Positions 28,373-32,000 of a stretch of 32,000 bases of DNA are shown here, in pieces (the stretch's first letter is position 1; each line of letters starts with the position of its first letter). A program made the position numbers and the translations under genes. The DNA comes from Candidatus Annandia pinicola (lineage in GTDB: Bacteria; Pseudomonadota; Gammaproteobacteria; Enterobacterales; Enterobacteriaceae_A), in assembly GCF_020541245.1 (NCBI RefSeq), contig NZ_CP045876.1, positions 180,001 to 212,000 of the forward strand. The letters run 5' to 3'. Below the pieces are notes generated by a model that was given only the letters and a program-made list of their open reading frames with translations, did no database searches and had not been told where the DNA came from.

Positions 28373-29647
28373 ATGTCTAAAATCAAAAAAGTTATTGGTA
28401 GAGAAATTATTGATTCTAGAGGAAAACCTACCGTAGAAGCAGAAATACATTTGTATGATGGTTCTATAGGTATAGCATCTTCACCATCAGGAGCTTCTAC
28501 TGGTTCTAGAGAAGCATTAGAATTAAGAGATAATGATTTAAAAAGATTTTTAGGTCAAGGTGTATTAAAAGCAGTTAATTATATTAATACTATAATTAAT
28601 GAATCTATAAAAAATAAAGATTCAAAAGATCAAAAATTAATAGATAATATTTTAATAAATTTAGATAATACAAATAATAAATCTAAATTAGGGGCTAATT
28701 CAATTTTAGCAGTTTCTTTAGCAAATGCTAAAGCTGCAGCAAAATCTAAAAAAATTGAACTTTATGAACATATAGCAGAATTAAATAATAATGATAAAAA
28801 CTTATCTATACCATTACCAATGATAAATATAATAAATGGTGGAATACATGCAGATAATAATATTGATATTCAAGAGTTTATGATTCAACCAATAAATATT
28901 AAAAGTATTAAAGAAGCTATTAAAATGGGATCAGAAGTATTTCATAATCTTGCTATTATATTAAAAAAAAAAAATATGAGTACTAATGTTGGTGATGAAG
29001 GTGGATATGCTCCTAACTTAAAATCTAATAAAGATGTATTAAAATGTATAAAGATTTCTATAGAAAAATCTGGTTATATAATTGGTAAAGATATTGTACT
29101 TGCTATAGATTGTGCTGCTTCTGAATTTTTTAATAACAAAACTAAAAAGTATGAATTAAAAGGAGAAAAAAAATCTTTCAATTCTAAAGAATTTACAAAT
29201 TATCTAGAAAAATTATCTAAAAAATATCATATATCTTCTATAGAAGACGGTCAAGATGAAAATGATTGGAAAGGTTTTAAATATCAAACAAAAAAAATGG
29301 GTAAACATATACAGTTAGTTGGTGATGATCTTTTTGTGACTAATAGTAAAATATTACGTAAAGGTATTAAAGAAAAAATAGCCAATTCAATATTAATAAA
29401 ATTAAATCAAATAGGTTCTTTAACTGAAACTTTAAATACTATTAACTTAGCAAAAAATTCAGGATATAAAATTATTATATCTCATCGTTCTGGAGAAACA
29501 GAAGACACTACTATTGCAGATTTAGCAGTAGGAGTTTCTGCTAATCAAATTAAAAGCGGTTCTATGAGTCGTTCTGAAAGAATAGCTAAATATAATAGAT
29601 TAATTCGAATAGAGGAGTTGCTTAACAAGCAATTAAAAAAACAATGA
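28373..29647 (+). CDS. eno: enolase (phosphopyruvate hydratase)
   Basis: 424 aa. Contains [79 protein letters not shown] and [22 protein letters not shown] Shine-Dalgarno upstream. TGA stop. Confidence 0.98.
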   Translation: MSKIKKVIGREIIDSRGKPTVEAEIHLYDGSIGIASSPSGASTGSREALELRDNDLKRFLGQGVLKAVNYINTIINESIKNKDSKDQKLIDNILINLDNTNNKSKLGANSILAVSLANAKAAAKSKKIELYEHIAELNNNDKNLSIPLPMINIINGGIHADNNIDIQEFMIQPINIKSIKEAIKMGSEVFHNLAIILKKKNMSTNVGDEGGYAPNLKSNKDVLKCIKISIEKSGYIIGKDIVLAIDCAASEFFNNKTKKYELKGEKKSFNSKEFTNYLEKLSKKYHISSIEDGQDENDWKGFKYQTKKMGKHIQLVGDDLFVTNSKILRKGIKEKIANSILIKLNQIGSLTETLNTINLAKNSGYKIIISHRSGETEDTTIADLAVGVSANQIKSGSMSRSERIAKYNRLIRIEELLNKQLKKQ

Positions 29648-29848
29648 AAAAACTAAACAATTATATTAAATATTTTTTATTTTATTTTTTTTCTTACTTA
29701 TTAGTTTATAATTTACCTTCATATTTATTTAAGAGCATTAAATTTATTTTTAATTATTTTTCTTAATTTATTATTTAATAAAATTATTATAAATTTTAAT
29801 ATAAAACTAAAAAACATATTTTTTTTAAAAAAAAAATAGGAAAAAATT

Positions 29849-30856
29849 TTGAAAGAATCAAAAAAAAATAAATCTTTACAAATAACTATAGATCAAATTG
29901 AAAAAGAATTTGGAAAAGGTTCTATTATGCGTTTAGGGGAAAATTATTCTATGAATATAGAGACAATATCTACTGGATCTTTATCATTAGATATTGCTCT
30001 AGGTATTGGAGGTTTGCCTATTGGAAGAATTGTTGAAATTTTTGGACCAGAGTCATCTGGTAAAACTACATTAACTTTACAAATTATTGCTTCTGCTCAA
30101 AAAGAAAATAAAATTTGTGCTTTTATCGATGCAGAACATGCTTTAGATCCTTTATATGCTAAAAAATTAGGAGTTGATATTGATAATCTATTATGTTCAC
30201 AACCAGATAATGGTGAACAGGCATTAGAAATTTGTAATAAATTATCTAAATCTGGTAATATAGGTGTAATTATTATAGATTCTGTTGCTGCACTAACACC
30301 CAAAATAGAAATAGAAGGTAATATAGGAGATTCACATGTAGGTTTAACAGCAAGAATGATGGGTCAAGCTATGAGAAAACTATCAGTTAATTTAAAAAAA
30401 TCTAATACATTATTAATTTTAATAAATCAAATTAGAATAAAAATTGGTATTACTTTTGGTAATCCAGAAATTACAACTGGCGGTAATGCACTAAAGTTTT
30501 ATGCTTCTATTAGATTAGATATTAGAAAAATAGGTGTTATAAAAGAAAATGATAATATAATAGGAAATGAAACTAGAGTTAAAGTTGTAAAAAACAAAGT
30601 TTCATCTCCTTTTAAACAAGCTGAGTTTCAAATAATATATGGTAAAGGTATTAATACATATGATGAAATATTAAGATTAGGAGTTCAAAATAATATTATA
30701 ATAAGATCAGGAACATGGTATAGTTATAATAAAAATAAAATTGGTCAAGGTAAAAAGAGTGTTTATAGATACTTAAAAAAAAATCCCAATATAACAAATA
30801 ATTTAAAAAATAAAATTAAAAAACTATTATTGATAAGTGATTTTAAAAAAAAATAA
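29849..30856 (+). CDS. recA: recombinase RecA (lacks the acidic C-terminal tail)
   Basis: 335 aa (E. coli 353), very highly conserved. Contains [55 protein letters not shown] (Walker A), [45 protein letters not shown] and [29 protein letters not shown] start at 29849 after an AGGAAAAAA Shine-Dalgarno. Ends ...[12 protein letters not shown]. Confidence 0.97.
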   Translation: MKESKKNKSLQITIDQIEKEFGKGSIMRLGENYSMNIETISTGSLSLDIALGIGGLPIGRIVEIFGPESSGKTTLTLQIIASAQKENKICAFIDAEHALDPLYAKKLGVDIDNLLCSQPDNGEQALEICNKLSKSGNIGVIIIDSVAALTPKIEIEGNIGDSHVGLTARMMGQAMRKLSVNLKKSNTLLILINQIRIKIGITFGNPEITTGGNALKFYASIRLDIRKIGVIKENDNIIGNETRVKVVKNKVSSPFKQAEFQIIYGKGINTYDEILRLGVQNNIIIRSGTWYSYNKNKIGQGKKSVYRYLKKNPNITNNLKNKIKKLLLISDFKKK

Positions 30857-30936
30857 AAAAAATAAAATTTATTAATATTATTTTTTTTACATTATATAAT
30901 TTATATAAAAATACTAGAATTAAAATTGGAAAATTA

Positions 30937-32000
30937 ATGCAAAAAGCTATACATGAAGTTAGAAAAATGTTTATAAATTTTTTTATTAATAAAAATCATA
31001 AATTTGTTAAAAGTAGTTCTTTAATACCATATAATGATTCTACATTATTATTTACTAATGCAGGTATGAATCAATTTAAAAATATTTTTTTAGGTAATTT
31101 TAAAGATATTAATTTTAATAAGGTAGTAACATCACAAAGATGTCTTAGAGTTGGTGGTAAACATAATGATTTAAATAATATAGGGTTTAATAAATATCAT
31201 AATACATTTTTTGAAATGTTGGGAAATTTTAGTTTTGGAGATTATTTTAAAAAACAAGCTATAATTTATGCATGGGAATTATTAACAGGTAATAATTTTT
31301 TTAATTTAAATCCTGATAAATTTATAATTACTGTATATTATAAAGATATTGAATCTTATAAAATTTGGTTAAAAGATGTTGGAATTTCTAATAATAATAT
31401 TTTAAAAATTTATAATGATAAAAAAAAAATAAATATTTCTTCTAATTTTTGGCAAATGGATAGTACAGGTCCATGTGGGCCTTGTACTGAAATATTTTAT
31501 AATTTTAATAATGATAAAATAAAATATCATTTGTTAACAAATGATAAATATTTAAATAATAATTATGTTGAAATATGGAATATTGTTTTTATGCAATTTA
31601 ATAAATTGATCGATGGTAGTTTACTAAAATTAAATAAACCTTCGGTTGATACAGGTATGGGTTTAGAACGTATTACATCTATTTTACAAAATGTTAAATC
31701 TAGTTATAATATAGATATTTTTAATTTAATAATAAATGAAATTAAAAAATTATTTAATAATTTATTATTAAATGATAAATTTTTATATATAATTTCAGAT
31801 CATATAAGATCATGCATATTTTTAATTTATGATGGTGTTTTACCTTCTAATGAAGGTAGAGGATATGTTTTAAGACGTATAATACGTCGTGGAATGCAAC
31901 AAGGTTATATAATAAAATATTATAATTCTTTTTTATATAAGTTAGTTAAACCAACTATTAATATTATGAAATTATTATATCCTTATTTAAAAAAAAAAGA
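30937..32000 (+). CDS. alaS: alanine--tRNA ligase, 5' part (runs off the window end)
   Basis: Hand translation from ATG 30937 gives MQKAIHEVRKMFINFFINKNHKFVKSSSLIPYNDSTLLFTNAGMNQFK...TSQRCLRVGGKHNDLNNIG...HNTFFEMLGNFSFGDYFK...PCGPCTEIFY...VEIWNIVFMQFN...VDTGMGLERI. These are class-II AlaRS motifs, and the frame is open to position 32000. recA-alaS adjacency as in E. coli. Absent from the ORF track because it is incomplete. Confidence 0.95.
   Translation, partial: MQKAIHEVRKMFINFFINKNHKFVKSSSLIPYNDSTLLFTNAGMNQFKNIFLGNFKDINFNKVVTSQRCLRVGGKHNDLNNIGFNKYHNTFFEMLGNFSFGDYFKKQAIIYAWELLTGNNFFNLNPDKFIITVYYKDIESYKIWLKDVGISNNNILKIYNDKKKINISSNFWQMDSTGPCGPCTEIFYNFNNDKIKYHLLTNDKYLNNNYVEIWNIVFMQFNKLIDGSLLKLNKPSVDTGMGLERITSILQNVKSSYNIDIFNLIINEIKKLFNNLLLNDKFLYIISDHIRSCIFLIYDGVLPSNEGRGYVLRRIIRRGMQQGYIIKYYNSFLYKLVKPTINIMKLLYPYLKKK

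Noticed and set aside
29645-29647. Alternative genetic code (TGA = Trp), as in some very small symbiont genomes
   Set aside because: All conserved genes translate full length under the standard code with no internal TGA. Conserved Trp positions use TGG (for example RecC LWGKL, TrpB, Fpr ...YW). eno ends at TGA where homologues end.
30097-30303. 68-aa minus-strand ORF inside recA
   Set aside because: Antisense to the highly conserved RecA core, for the same reason as in sucD.
30855-30888. A8TAA...TTAT8 inverted repeat after recA, and an 8-bp A/T inverted repeat after recB (about 28030-28055), as intrinsic terminators
   Set aside because: The stems are short, all A:T, and made largely of poly(A)/poly(T) runs that are common everywhere in this sequence. 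They are not distinguishable from chance.

Overview
The window is extremely A+T-rich (by eye over 80 % A+T, not computed), gene-dense and intron-free. It looks like the reduced genome of an obligate gammaproteobacterial, Enterobacterales-derived insect endosymbiont; I cannot name the organism from sequence alone. I support 30 protein genes and 3 tRNAs, all housekeeping or nutritional. They are: rluB; a complete contiguous trpE-G-D-C(F)-B-A operon; tRNA-Cys and tRNA-Leu(UAA); argH-argG; rpmE; fpr; tpiA; pfkA; mutM-rpmG-rpmB; dut; mtnN; erpA; gnd; fldA; ybgI; sucC-sucD; recC-recB; initiator tRNA-fMet; eno; recA; and the 5' part of alaS. rpmG (53 aa) is missing from the ORF track and was found by hand. 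The gene order reads as about 10 short E. coli-like synteny blocks joined by large deletions. The standard genetic code is used, with TGG for Trp, almost all stops TAA, and no in-frame TGA in conserved genes. G+C-rich islands mark only the tRNAs. I see no CRISPR, IS element, transposase, integrase, phage, toxin-antitoxin or defence genes, and no convincing novel multi-gene system. The most unusual feature is the recombination module. recC is full length. recB ends cleanly after the helicase domains, so the C-terminal nuclease/RecA-loading domain is missing. No recD or ptrA is adjacent. recA is very well conserved but naturally lacks the acidic C-terminal tail, and recX is absent. Secondary points are: orphan sucCD directly after ybgI (no gltA/sdh/sucAB here); argGH without argCB; a trp operon with no leader or attenuator; very long in-frame homopolymers (A22 in recC, A19 in rluB, A16 in mutM); small gene overlaps; and a near-consensus promoter for tRNA-fMet. 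All product calls come from my own comparison with remembered E. coli protein sequences, not from database searches.
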